From a plasmid, in the sequence record NZ_CP011600.1: a DNA stretch of 64,000 nucleotides. The stretch is one strand, 5' to 3'. The notes below the pieces were generated by a model. That model did no database searches, was not told the DNA's origin, and worked only from the letters and a program-made list of their open reading frames with translations. A program made the translations under genes and the position numbers. Of this stretch, positions 53,865 to 63,114 are shown one piece after another. Each line of letters opens with the position of its first letter. Position 1 is the stretch's first letter.

Positions 53865-54368
53865 TTACTGATAGTGTTTTATGTTCAGATAATGCCCGAT
53901 GACTTTGTCATGCAGCTCCACCGATTTTGAGAACGACAGTGACTTCCTGCCCAGCCTTGCCAGATGCTGCCTCAGATTCAGGTTATGCCGCTCAATGCGC
54001 TGCGTATATCGCTTGCTGATAACGTGCAGTTCTCCCTTCAGGCGTGATTCATAAAGCGGCCAGCCATCCGTCATCCATACCACGACCTCAAAGGCCGACA
54101 GCAGGCCCAGAAGACGCTCCAGCGTGGCCAACGTGCGTTCACCGAATACGTGCGCCACAACCGTCCTCCGTATCCTGTCATACGCGTAAAACAACCAGCG
54201 CTGGCGTGATTTAGCGCCGACGTAACCCCACTGTTCGTCCATTTCCGCGCAAATAATGACGTCACTGCCCGGTTGTATGCGTGAGTTTACCGACTGCGGC
54301 CTGAGTTTTTTAAGTGTCGTAAAATCGTGTTGAGGCCAACGCCCATAATGCGTGCACTGGCGCGACAT
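53865..54368 (-). CDS. insB: IS1 InsB (made as an InsAB' fusion by frameshift)
   Basis: 167-aa ORF in the -1 frame overlapping insA. Confidence 0.9.
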
Positions 54369-54562
54369 CCGACGCCATTCATGGCCATATCAATAATTTT
54401 CTGGTGTGTACCGGGCTGAGAGGCGGTGTAAGTGAACTGTAGCTGCCATGTTTTACGGCAGTGAGAGCAGAGATAGCGCTGATGTCCGGCAGTACTTTTA
54501 CCGTTACGCACCACGCCTTCAGTAGCTGAGCAGGAGGGACAACTGATGGAGATGGAAGCCAC
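54287..54562 (-). CDS. insA: IS1 InsA
   Basis: 91 aa, [40 protein letters not shown]... Confidence 0.95.
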   Translation of the reverse strand: MASISISCPSCSATEGVVRNGKSTAGHQRYLCSHCRKTWQLQFTYTASQPGTHQKIIDMAMNGVGCRASARIMGVGLNTILRHLKNSGRSR

Positions 54563-54617
54563 GGGAGCACCTCAAAAACACCATCGTACACTAAATCAGT
54601 AAGTTGGCACCATTACC

Positions 54618-55265
54618 GGTTTGTTTACCTTCACATTTTCCATTCCGCCACCGTGCTGCAAACTCTGATGGCGTCTGATAATTCAGTGCTGAATGTGGAC
54701 GACACTCGTTATAATCCTGCCGCCAGTTATTAATGATTTTCCTTGCATGAACGATATCGCTGAACCAGTGCTCATTCAGACATTCATCGCGAAATCGTCC
54801 GTTAAAGCTCTCAATAAATCCGTTCTGCGTTGGCTTGCCCGGCTGGATTAAGCGCAACTCAACACCATGCTCAAAAGCCCATTGATCCAGTGCGCGGCAA
54901 GTGAACTCCGGCCCCTGGTCAGTTCTTATTGTCGCCGGATAGCCTCGAAACAGTGCAATGCTGTCCAGAATACGCGTGACCTGAACGCCTGAAATCCCGA
55001 ATGCGATGGTCATTGTCAGACACTCCTTCGTGAAGTCGTCCACACAGGTCAGGCACTTGATCCTGCGACCGGTGGCCAGTGCGTCCATGACAAAATCCAT
55101 CGACCAGGTCAGGTTGGGCGCCGCCGGACGGAGCAGCGGCAGACGTTCTGTTGCCAGCCCTTTACGACGTCGCCTGCGTTTTACGCCCAGCCCGCTCAGA
55201 TGATAAAGGCGGTATTCAGACCGACTGATAGCTGATTTTGAGTTGCCAAAAAGAGCGCTCCTATT
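54618..55265 (-). pseudogene. IS3-family transposase OrfB fragment (DDE integrase core), cut by IS1 at the 3' end and with no start at the 5' end
   Basis: rve-domain motifs (TDQGPEF ... [14 protein letters not shown]). The reading frame continues upstream to ~55265 without an ATG, and the C-terminus runs into IS1. Confidence 0.6.
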
Positions 55266-55327
55266 CAGTACAAAAAAGATGGTAATGTTTCATAAAATCT
55301 CTTAGGCCTTGCAGGAATGGTTTTGAA

Positions 55328-55756
55328 ATGAATGGATCTTGTTTGTGTGGAACAATTGAATTTGAACTTACTCATAAACCAGCAGTGTTTTATCGTTGTC
55401 ATTGCTCGCTATGCAGAAAGCAGAGCGGCGTAGGTTACAATCTCGCCACACTAGTCAAAGACAGCGAGTTTCGCTGGATTAAAGGGGAAAATTGCATTGC
55501 TTCATGGTCTAAGCCAACGGGGTACCGTACAGATTTTTGCAATGTATGTGGCTCAACTGTGCCTAACAGTCTGCGAGACGTACCTTATGTCTGGGTTCCT
55601 GTCGGTTTAATTGACGAACGTCTTGAAATGGAATGTGCAGGAGACTTCTGCACTGATGATGCAATGCCCTGGGATGAAACCCGCTCACCTAGTTGTCACG
55701 CTGGACCTGTCAAGTCGCTAGCCTCGCTTTTAAAGTACCTGAAACTCAATTCCTGA
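55328..55756 (+). CDS. GFA-family (glutathione-dependent formaldehyde-activating/CENP-V-like) zinc protein
   Basis: 142 aa with two Cys clusters (CLCGTIEF ... CHCSLC ... CNVCGS). Confidence 0.7.
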   Translation: MNGSCLCGTIEFELTHKPAVFYRCHCSLCRKQSGVGYNLATLVKDSEFRWIKGENCIASWSKPTGYRTDFCNVCGSTVPNSLRDVPYVWVPVGLIDERLEMECAGDFCTDDAMPWDETRSPSCHAGPVKSLASLLKYLKLNS

Positions 55757-56173
55757 GCGTCAGCATTTGGCACAAAGCAGACATTAAAGACTACAGCATC
55801 GGATGCCGCGTTAGCGGCATGGAGGCGCCAGATGAAGCTGCATGTATCAGTGGAGTCAAATGGCGCCGAAAGCCCGGCGTAGCCGGTTACCTGGCTATAA
55901 ATTCTGCCACCCTTCCCCCTGCCCTGATTAGCCTTAACCCGCTTACAGCAATGAAGAAGTTAAAGTAATCCCTTTTAACCCCGGTGAGCGGGCTTTACGG
56001 CGTTTACGACGTAAAGGGCGTGATTTCCGGGGCCTTAGCGGCGGCAGCTTGCTGCTGACGCTTAGGGGGATGTTCTTCAGTTATTTCAGCAACACCAGGG
56101 AACTTAACACGGTAGCTGCTAAGCCATACCCGCTATAAACGCGCTGCGTAACAAAGGGCATTCGACAGATAAA

Positions 56174-56298
56174 ATGGCGGTGGTGTTTGCGGGGGTAAGT
56201 GAAAGTGAGAGTGAATATCGCGCGGCGCTGGAATACCTGCAACCCTGCGGCGTTCCCGTCATTCCGGGCGCTATTCCTTTTCTGACATCGTTCAGCCA
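56174..56298 (+). pseudogene. 5' fragment of an unknown gene interrupted by the Tn21-family IR at 56299
   Basis: The ORF MAVVFAGVSESESEYRAALEYLQPCGVPVIPGAIPFLTSFSQ runs straight into the IR. Confidence 0.3.
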
Positions 56299-56320
56299 GG
56301 GGTCGTCTCAGAAAACGGAA

Positions 56321-57647
56321 TCTATGGTCACTCCCGTTTTTGCAACACCGATTTTGACGACAAGTTGGCTTGCTTGAATCTATCCGGCGTCTGAATGGGA
56401 TTTTATTCCCGCGCCTCGATGAGTTCCGCGCCTGATGAACCTCCAGAAAATATACGGCTTCAATGAGCCTTTCCGTTTTACAGGTTCCTCAACAGGCCGG
56501 TGGGCCGTTAGTATCATCAATATCAGTATTCGCAAAACCAGATGAATGATTGTTTAAACTGGTGTATTTCTGCCTTTATGCTTCGTAAGTTTGCTGTCGC
56601 GCCGTCAGTGCCCAGGCTATTCTGGCCAGCTTGTTTGCCAGAGCACAGGTGACGACAAAGTTGCTTTTCCGACACAACAACTCCCTGACCCAGTCGGCCA
56701 ACTTGCCAGACTGGTGTTCCAGTTTTTGTATGAATACCCTGGCACACTGAACCAACAAAGTTCGGATCTTTTTGTTGCCCCGCTTGCTAATCCCTAACAA
56801 TGTCGTCCGACCTCCCGTGCTGTACTGTCGGGGTACCAGCCCTGTTGCCGCCGCAAAGTCACGGCTGCTGGCGTACTGCTTCCCGTCGCCAATCTCAGTT
56901 GAAATAGTACTGGCAGTCAGCGTTCCAACGCAGGGAATACTCAGCAAGCGCTGTCCAACCTCATCTTCGTCCAACTTTCGTTTCAACTGAGATTCCAGAT
57001 CTTTAATCTGCTCAACAAGATAGTGATAATGCTGTTGTAATTTCAGCAGTAACTGGCTGAGATAAAGAGGCAAACTACTGTCCTCAAGAAGGGTACTCAG
57101 TCGACTAATAACGGCAGCACCTCGCGGAACGCTGATACCAAATTCCAGCAGAAAAGCATGCATCTGATTAGTTGTTTTCACCTTATCCTGAACCAGGGAT
57201 TCACGGACACGATGCAGAGCTCGCATTGCCTGCTGAGATTCGGTTCTGGGCTGCACGAAACGCATAGATGGACGTGATGCTGCTTCACAGATAGCTTCAG
57301 CATCAACGAAGTCATTTTTGTTGCTTTTAACGAATGGGCGGACAAATTGCGGTGATATCAGCTTTGGAAAATGCCCTAACTCTGCCAGCTTGCGTGCCAT
57401 AAAGTGAGAACCGCCACAGGCTTCCATCGCGATGGTTGTTGCCGGGCATGTCGCCAGAAATTCGATTAGCTTTGGTCGGGTGAATTTTTTACGGTAAACG
57501 GCCTTCCCACGATGATCCTGACAATGAATATGGAAAGAGTTCTTACCCAGATCGATACCAATAAGCGCAATGTTTTCCATGATGGTTCTCCGAATGAAAG
57601 CCTGTCCTCAGCATAGTACTGGGAAGGAGGGAGTGACCATCTCATTA
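56321..57647 (-). mobile_element. IS5075/IS4321-like IS, copy 3, inside a Tn21-type IR
   Basis: IR halves GGGGTCGTCTCAGAAAACGGAA (56299-56320) and AATAAAGCACGCTAAG (57648-57663). 1327 bp. Confidence 0.9.
56576..57580 (-). CDS. IS110-family transposase (copy 3)
   Basis: Identical 334-aa ORF. Confidence 0.9.
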   Translation of the reverse strand: MENIALIGIDLGKNSFHIHCQDHRGKAVYRKKFTRPKLIEFLATCPATTIAMEACGGSHFMARKLAELGHFPKLISPQFVRPFVKSNKNDFVDAEAICEAASRPSMRFVQPRTESQQAMRALHRVRESLVQDKVKTTNQMHAFLLEFGISVPRGAAVISRLSTLLEDSSLPLYLSQLLLKLQQHYHYLVEQIKDLESQLKRKLDEDEVGQRLLSIPCVGTLTASTISTEIGDGKQYASSRDFAAATGLVPRQYSTGGRTTLLGISKRGNKKIRTLLVQCARVFIQKLEHQSGKLADWVRELLCRKSNFVVTCALANKLARIAWALTARQQTYEA

Positions 57648-57658
57648 AATAAAGCACG

Positions 57659-58216
57659 CTAAGCGTGCGTGGAGGCTGGCACCCAGCGGTACAGCGTCGG
57701 AATGGACACGCCGAGGTTCTTGGCCACGTCCTTGGGCGGCACCCCGCTGGCCAGCAGCTTCTTGGCCGACTCGATCTTGCTGTCGGTCATCTTCGGCTTG
57801 CGGCCGCCTTTGCGGCCGAGCTGCTTGGCGACTTCCAGCCCGGCGCGGGTGCGCTCGACGGTCAGCTCGCGCTCCATTTCGGCAAGGCTCGCCATGACGT
57901 GGAAGAAGAACCGCCCGGATGGTGTGCCGGTGTCGATGGAGTCGGTGAGGCTCCTGAACTGGACACCGTGCTTGTGCAGATCGCCGACCAGATCGACCAG
58001 TTGCTTGACCGACCGGCCCAGCCGGTCGAGCTTCCAGACGACCAAAGTATCGCCTTCGCGCAGCATTTCGAGCGTCTTGGCCAAGCCAGGCCGGTCTGCC
58101 CGCGTGCCACTCACCTTGTCCTCGAAGACCTTTTTACATCCGGCCTTGCTCAAGGCTTCGCGTTGCAGCTCCAGGTTCTGATCCTGCGTCGAGACGCGCG
58201 CATAGCCAATCAACAT
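57659..58216 (-). CDS. tnpR: Serine resolvase (Tn3-family / TniR-like)
   Basis: 185 aa (MLIGYARVSTQDQNLELQ...). Its stop lies 4 bp from the IR, and no tnpA is present. Confidence 0.85.
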   Translation of the reverse strand: MLIGYARVSTQDQNLELQREALSKAGCKKVFEDKVSGTRADRPGLAKTLEMLREGDTLVVWKLDRLGRSVKQLVDLVGDLHKHGVQFRSLTDSIDTGTPSGRFFFHVMASLAEMERELTVERTRAGLEVAKQLGRKGGRKPKMTDSKIESAKKLLASGVPPKDVAKNLGVSIPTLYRWVPASTHA

Positions 58217-58581
58217 GGCTTGTCTCGCGCCCGGTCGATGCGTTCCTGCATCGCCTGCATCACTTCTTCGTGGGTGTACGATCTGGCGTTGGCGTCGGTG
58301 GCTTGCCGCAGGGCTTCCTCAACCTCGCGCGTCATCCGCTCGTAATCCTCCGGCCACAGCGCTTGCTCCATGCGCAGCGACGCCTGACCCAGCAGGTGCA
58401 GCAGGCTGAACAGCCGCATGTCGTTGGTGGCGACGATGCGCTCCCGAATCTGCTCCTGAATAGCTTCGCTAGCCCGATGCGCTTGTGGTGTGGCAGTCCC
58501 CTCGTAGTCAGCGGGGAATTCCGCTTCCTCGGCAATCCTTGCCCAGGCGCTGGCCAGCGCCTCGATGGTTGACGTGCTCAT
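58210..58581 (-). CDS. Hypothetical ~124-aa protein (start MSTSTIEALASAW)
   Basis: Translationally coupled (ATGA) to the upstream membrane-protein gene. The longer ORF-track version is a 5' extension. Confidence 0.4.
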   Translation of the reverse strand: MSTSTIEALASAWARIAEEAEFPADYEGTATPQAHRASEAIQEQIRERIVATNDMRLFSLLHLLGQASLRMEQALWPEDYERMTREVEEALRQATDANARSYTHEEVMQAMQERIDRARDKPC

Positions 58582-59090
58582 TTCCGCCGCTCCTGTGCTC
58601 TTTGGCGAATCAACCGGCCAAGGGGCCTCGACGCGAAAACCAGCAGCATCACGCCTATCGGATACCAGGTCGAGAAGACCACCAAGGCATCGAAGGCTGG
58701 CCGTCCGGTGTTGGTAGGCAGTACGGCGGTCACAGCCATCAACCCGCCGACCGTCCAGATGATGCGCCACACGTAGGGCATCACGCGGGGCACGTAGCCG
58801 TCATCGAAAGCGGTCTGGTAGTAGCGGCGCAGGCCGCGCTCGGCAAGCGCCTGGCGCTGCCGCTCCGACAGCGCATCCGTCCGGCCATACCAGCGCCGGA
58901 ATGGTGGACAGCGCAGCAGCAAAGGGGTGAAGAGGATCATCACCGCCACGATCGCGACACCCCACGCCATGACGGCGCCGGCATCGGGCCGCTTGGCGTT
59001 CTCGATCACGGGCGCGAAGACGCCCGGAGCACCGATCATCCAGAACAGCGCAATGTGCTGATGGAAGGAGAGCTTCATTTGCTCATCCAC
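58578..59090 (-). CDS. Hypothetical inner-membrane protein (~170 aa, four predicted transmembrane segments)
   Basis: Hydrophobic segments. In an operon with the neighbouring ORFs. Confidence 0.4.
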   Translation of the reverse strand: MDEQMKLSFHQHIALFWMIGAPGVFAPVIENAKRPDAGAVMAWGVAIVAVMILFTPLLLRCPPFRRWYGRTDALSERQRQALAERGLRRYYQTAFDDGYVPRVMPYVWRIIWTVGGLMAVTAVLPTNTGRPAFDALVVFSTWYPIGVMLLVFASRPLGRLIRQRAQERRK

Positions 59091-59401
59091 TTGCGCAGCA
59101 GGCGCTTTTTCAGGGAGGCGCGTTCTTGCGGGTTGCGTCCCTTGTGATTGGCGATGCGATCCGCCGTGGCGGCCTGGCGCTTGACGGGCCAGTAGGAGCG
59201 GCCATCCTTGCCCATCGACCAGACGCTGCTGGCCTGGTTTTCCAGCAGGGGCAGATGGGCGCTCAGGGCTTCGGGCGACGCGCTGGTCAGCGCCGTGCGC
59301 TCACGGGTGCGCCAGCGCTGATGCCAGAGCTTCTTGTCCTCGCGCTCGCTGCCGCAGGTCGTGTGCCCGACGATGGGTGTTTTGCGGCGGCTGCGGCTCA
59401 T
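59075..59401 (-). CDS. Hypothetical basic 108-aa protein
   Basis: Arg/Lys-rich. It overlaps the downstream gene start by 16 bp. Confidence 0.3.
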   Translation of the reverse strand: MSRSRRKTPIVGHTTCGSEREDKKLWHQRWRTRERTALTSASPEALSAHLPLLENQASSVWSMGKDGRSYWPVKRQAATADRIANHKGRNPQERASLKKRLLRKWMSK

Positions 59402-59655
59402 AACGTAGTGGTCTCCAAGAACATTCAGGACTGATCCCAGGCGTCGATGGTCAAGACCTGATCGGCAGGACAGGCGGCTACGCGGTCGGGAACTGGATGG
59501 TGTTCAGTCTCATGCCGACCCCATTCGATTGATCGCGTCGCTTGCGGCACGCTGCGACGCAAGGAGGTTTGCGACCTGGTTTAGCAGCCGTGTCCGCTGC
59601 ATGTCTGTTACCTATCTCCCCGACCGCTCATTGGACCAACTCCAGAGATTGGGCT

Positions 59656-60051
59656 CTATCGCTCAGCCAATACGAAACCGGCATTGGCTGATGCCACAAC
59701 CGAGACTAACACAAATGGCTCGGTACCTGTATTTCGCGCCCCGTGCACTTGGCCCGGTCTTGCCACGGCTATCTCACCTTCCCTGAGGGCACGAACAATC
59801 CCATTGCCCTGAAAGTAATCAGCCATTCCCGACAAAACAGTCCACGTGTCTTGGCCGTGAGGATGAATGTGAGCCGCAATTTCCTGCCCGGGATGGACAT
59901 GCCAAACCACGATAATTGAGTCTCGGGTTTCAAGCACAACGGAACGAATAGGCTCGCCTTCGGACGGCTGAACATACTCGGCTACAGAAAATATTCTCGA
60001 TTCAACAGTCATCGGAGATCCCTCTTTCACAGTTGTCGTTACGGTCTTCAT
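59656..60051 (-). CDS. Cupin-domain protein (~131 aa)
   Basis: Cupin motifs (HVHPGQEIAAHIHPHGQD ... PGQVHGARN). The ORF-track 5' extension was discarded. Confidence 0.55.
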   Translation of the reverse strand: MKTVTTTVKEGSPMTVESRIFSVAEYVQPSEGEPIRSVVLETRDSIIVVWHVHPGQEIAAHIHPHGQDTWTVLSGMADYFQGNGIVRALREGEIAVARPGQVHGARNTGTEPFVLVSVVASANAGFVLAER

Positions 60052-60403
60052 CGTCGGCATCCTGACGCACGGCGGGCAATTGCTGGAGCAACGCCGGCAG
60101 CCATTCCTGTACCGTCTCCCACACCACATCGAGGTTGATGTCGAAATAGCCGTGAGCCATGCGATTACGCATATTGCGCATGCTGCGCCACGGCACGTCG
60201 GCATGCGCCTGGGTGAACTCGACGTAGCCATCCATCACCTTTGTGGCCGCCTCGCCGATGACGATCAGGCTCATGATGACGGCCTGCTGGGTGCGCTTGT
60301 CGGCCAAGAAGTCGTCCTTGGCCATCCCTTCCACGAAGCTGCGCGCATCGGTTGCGGCCTGCTGAATGTGGTCGAGGTAATCGGGCAGGCGGTTCTCGCT
60401 CAT
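60002..60403 (-). CDS. hepT: HepT-type HEPN toxin
   Basis: R-x4-HxY motif (RNRMAHGY). ATGA-coupled to the upstream MNT gene. Confidence 0.7.
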   Translation of the reverse strand: MSENRLPDYLDHIQQAATDARSFVEGMAKDDFLADKRTQQAVIMSLIVIGEAATKVMDGYVEFTQAHADVPWRSMRNMRNRMAHGYFDINLDVVWETVQEWLPALLQQLPAVRQDADDEDRNDNCERGISDDC

Positions 60404-60696
60404 ATCGGTTGCGCCTCCGCGAGCACCTTGGCCCGGAACTTCGGCGGCAGGTCGCCGGGAGTCAGCAGATCGACGTCAACGCCGAGCAGCGATTTCAGTT
60501 CTTCTTCCAAATCGCCCAAGTCCAACAACGTGGCACCGGGCAGCGCATCGACCAACAGGTCGAGGTCGCTGCCATCCCGGTCGGTGCCATGCAGCACCGA
60601 GCCGAAGACGCGCGGGTTCGCGGCGCGAAAGCGGCCTACCGCTTCACGCACTGCGCTTCGCTTCATGTCAAGCACAACAGACGGTCGCATGCGCAT
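60400..60696 (-). CDS. mntA: MntA-type minimal nucleotidyltransferase antitoxin
   Basis: 98 aa with a GS...DxD nucleotidyltransferase motif (GSVLHGTDRDGSDLDLLVD). Confidence 0.75.
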   Translation of the reverse strand: MRMRPSVVLDMKRSAVREAVGRFRAANPRVFGSVLHGTDRDGSDLDLLVDALPGATLLDLGDLEEELKSLLGVDVDLLTPGDLPPKFRAKVLAEAQPI

Positions 60697-60883
60697 CCTT
60701 TCTTATCGAAACTCGTTGAGATGATATGCAATCAAGAATAGAATTTCAAGAACTATTTTCGAGAATCGCAATGCCTTGATTCCCGTGCCGCGCCGGTTGT
60801 CACTTTCAGAAGGCGACAGCACGAAATATCAAAAGTCGACCGCACGGTCTTTTCTGACGTTGGAGTCGCCTCAGAAAACGGAA

Positions 60884-62210
60884 TCTATGGTCACTCCCGT
60901 TTTTGCAACACCGATTTTGACGACAAGTTGGCTTGCTTGAATCTATCCGGCGTCTGAATGGGATTTTATTCCCGCGCCTCGATGAGTTCCGCGCCTGATG
61001 AACCTCCAGAAAATATACGGCTTCAATGAGCCTTTCCGTTTTACAGGTTCCTCAACAGGCCGGTGGGCCGTTAGTATCATCAATATCAGTATTCGCAAAA
61101 CCAGATGAATGATTGTTTAAACTGGTGTATTTCTGCCTTTATGCTTCGTAAGTTTGCTGTCGCGCCGTCAGTGCCCAGGCTATTCTGGCCAGCTTGTTTG
61201 CCAGAGCACAGGTGACGACAAAGTTGCTTTTCCGACACAACAACTCCCTGACCCAGTCGGCCAACTTGCCAGACTGGTGTTCCAGTTTTTGTATGAATAC
61301 CCTGGCACACTGAACCAACAAAGTTCGGATCTTTTTGTTGCCCCGCTTGCTAATCCCTAACAATGTCGTCCGACCTCCCGTGCTGTACTGTCGGGGTACC
61401 AGCCCTGTTGCCGCCGCAAAGTCACGGCTGCTGGCGTACTGCTTCCCGTCGCCAATCTCAGTTGAAATAGTACTGGCAGTCAGCGTTCCAACGCAGGGAA
61501 TACTCAGCAAGCGCTGTCCAACCTCATCTTCGTCCAACTTTCGTTTCAACTGAGATTCCAGATCTTTAATCTGCTCAACAAGATAGTGATAATGCTGTTG
61601 TAATTTCAGCAGTAACTGGCTGAGATAAAGAGGCAAACTACTGTCCTCAAGAAGGGTACTCAGTCGACTAATAACGGCAGCACCTCGCGGAACGCTGATA
61701 CCAAATTCCAGCAGAAAAGCATGCATCTGATTAGTTGTTTTCACCTTATCCTGAACCAGGGATTCACGGACACGATGCAGAGCTCGCATTGCCTGCTGAG
61801 ATTCGGTTCTGGGCTGCACGAAACGCATAGATGGACGTGATGCTGCTTCACAGATAGCTTCAGCATCAACGAAGTCATTTTTGTTGCTTTTAACGAATGG
61901 GCGGACAAATTGCGGTGATATCAGCTTTGGAAAATGCCCTAACTCTGCCAGCTTGCGTGCCATAAAGTGAGAACCGCCACAGGCTTCCATCGCGATGGTT
62001 GTTGCCGGGCATGTCGCCAGAAATTCGATTAGCTTTGGTCGGGTGAATTTTTTACGGTAAACGGCCTTCCCACGATGATCCTGACAATGAATATGGAAAG
62101 AGTTCTTACCCAGATCGATACCAATAAGCGCAATGTTTTCCATGATGGTTCTCCGAATGAAAGCCTGTCCTCAGCATAGTACTGGGAAGGAGGGAGTGAC
62201 CATCTCATTA
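60884..62210 (-). mobile_element. IS5075/IS4321-like IS, copy 4, inside the IR next to merR
   Basis: IR halves GGAGTCGCCTCAGAAAACGGAA (60862-60883; GGAG rather than GGGG) and AATAAAGCACGCTAAG (62211-62226). Confidence 0.9.
61139..62143 (-). CDS. IS110-family transposase (copy 4)
   Basis: Identical 334-aa ORF. Confidence 0.9.
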   Translation of the reverse strand: MENIALIGIDLGKNSFHIHCQDHRGKAVYRKKFTRPKLIEFLATCPATTIAMEACGGSHFMARKLAELGHFPKLISPQFVRPFVKSNKNDFVDAEAICEAASRPSMRFVQPRTESQQAMRALHRVRESLVQDKVKTTNQMHAFLLEFGISVPRGAAVISRLSTLLEDSSLPLYLSQLLLKLQQHYHYLVEQIKDLESQLKRKLDEDEVGQRLLSIPCVGTLTASTISTEIGDGKQYASSRDFAAATGLVPRQYSTGGRTTLLGISKRGNKKIRTLLVQCARVFIQKLEHQSGKLADWVRELLCRKSNFVVTCALANKLARIAWALTARQQTYEA

Positions 62211-62242
62211 AATAAAGCACGCTAAGGCGTAGTTCCCTCGGG

Positions 62243-62677
62243 CTACACCGCGTCCGCACTGCGCGGTTCTTTCTTCCCTTGCAGTGACGCAATCAGCGGG
62301 CAGGAAACGTTCCCCTTCCGCGCATGGCAGGCGCACACCAAATCAGACAGCACGGCCTCCATGCGCGCCAGGTCAGCCATCCTCTCGCGCACGTCCTTGA
62401 GCTTGTGCTCGGCCAGGCTGCTGGCTTCCTCGCAATGGGTGCCATCCTCCAGCCGCAGCAGCTCGGCGATCTCATCCAGGCTGAAGCCCAACCGCTGGGC
62501 TGATTTCACGAAGCGCACCCGCGTTACATCCGTCTCGCCATAGCGGCGAATGCTGCCGTAAGGCTTGTCCGGTTCCGGGAGCAAGCCCTTGCGCTGATAG
62601 AACCGGATGGTCTCCACATTGACCCCGGCCGTCCTGGCGAAAACGCCAATGGTCAGGTTCTCCAAATTGTTTTCCAT
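62243..62677 (-). CDS. merR: Mercury-responsive regulator MerR
   Basis: 144 aa with a MerR helix-turn-helix and the Cys79/Cys114/Cys123 pattern (CEEAS ... CAC). Confidence 0.95.
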   Translation of the reverse strand: MENNLENLTIGVFARTAGVNVETIRFYQRKGLLPEPDKPYGSIRRYGETDVTRVRFVKSAQRLGFSLDEIAELLRLEDGTHCEEASSLAEHKLKDVRERMADLARMEAVLSDLVCACHARKGNVSCPLIASLQGKKEPRSADAV

Positions 62678-62682
62678 ATCGC

Positions 62683-62714
62683 TTGACTCCGTACATAACT
62701 ACGGAAGTAAGCTT
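62683..62714. promoter_or_regulatory. mer operator/promoter: TTGACT, then the dyad TCCGTACATAACTACGGA, then TAAGCT with 19-bp spacing
   Basis: Matches the Tn21/Tn501 PmerT architecture. Confidence 0.75.
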
Positions 62715-62748
62715 AAGCTATCCAATTCAGATTCGAAAGGACAAACGT

Positions 62749-63099
62749 ATGTCTGAACCTCAAAACGGGCGCGGCGCGCTCTTCACTGGCGGGCTGGCCG
62801 CCATCCTCGCCTCGGCTTGCTGCCTCGGGCCGCTGGTTCTGATCGCCTTGGGGTTCAGCGGCGCTTGGATCGGCAACTTGACGGTGTTGGAACCCTATCG
62901 CCCCATCTTTATCGGCGTGGCGCTGGTGGCGTTGTTCTTCGCCTGGCGGCGCATCTACCGGCCGTCAGCCGCCTGCAAACCGGGTGAGGTTTGCGCGATT
63001 CCCCAAGTGCGAGCTACTTACAAGCTCATTTTCTGGGGCGTGGCCGTGCTGGTTTTGGTCGCGCTCGGATTTCCCTACGTCGTGCCATTTTTCTATTGA
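62749..63099 (+). CDS. merT: Mercuric transport protein MerT
   Basis: 116 aa from MSEPQNGRGALF, with the CC pair in the first transmembrane segment. Confidence 0.95.
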   Translation: MSEPQNGRGALFTGGLAAILASACCLGPLVLIALGFSGAWIGNLTVLEPYRPIFIGVALVALFFAWRRIYRPSAACKPGEVCAIPQVRATYKLIFWGVAVLVLVALGFPYVVPFFY

Positions 63100-63114
63100 T
63101 CACAGGAGTTCACC

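Larger units (their letters stand above)
53850..54617 (-). mobile_element. IS1 (768 bp)
   Basis: Canonical IS1 ends. Carries the insA and insB ORFs. Confidence 0.95.

Noticed and set aside
57665-58345. 226-aa + strand ORF opposite tnpR and the 124-aa gene
   Set aside because: Antisense to a clear resolvase. Arg/Ala/Gly-rich artefact of high-GC DNA.
33900-62210. Possibility that the four ~1.3-kb repeats are a CRISPR-like or tandem array
   Set aside because: Each repeat encodes a complete IS110-family transposase, and the repeats sit 3-17 kb apart. They are IS copies, not CRISPR repeats, and no short repeat-spacer array exists in the window.
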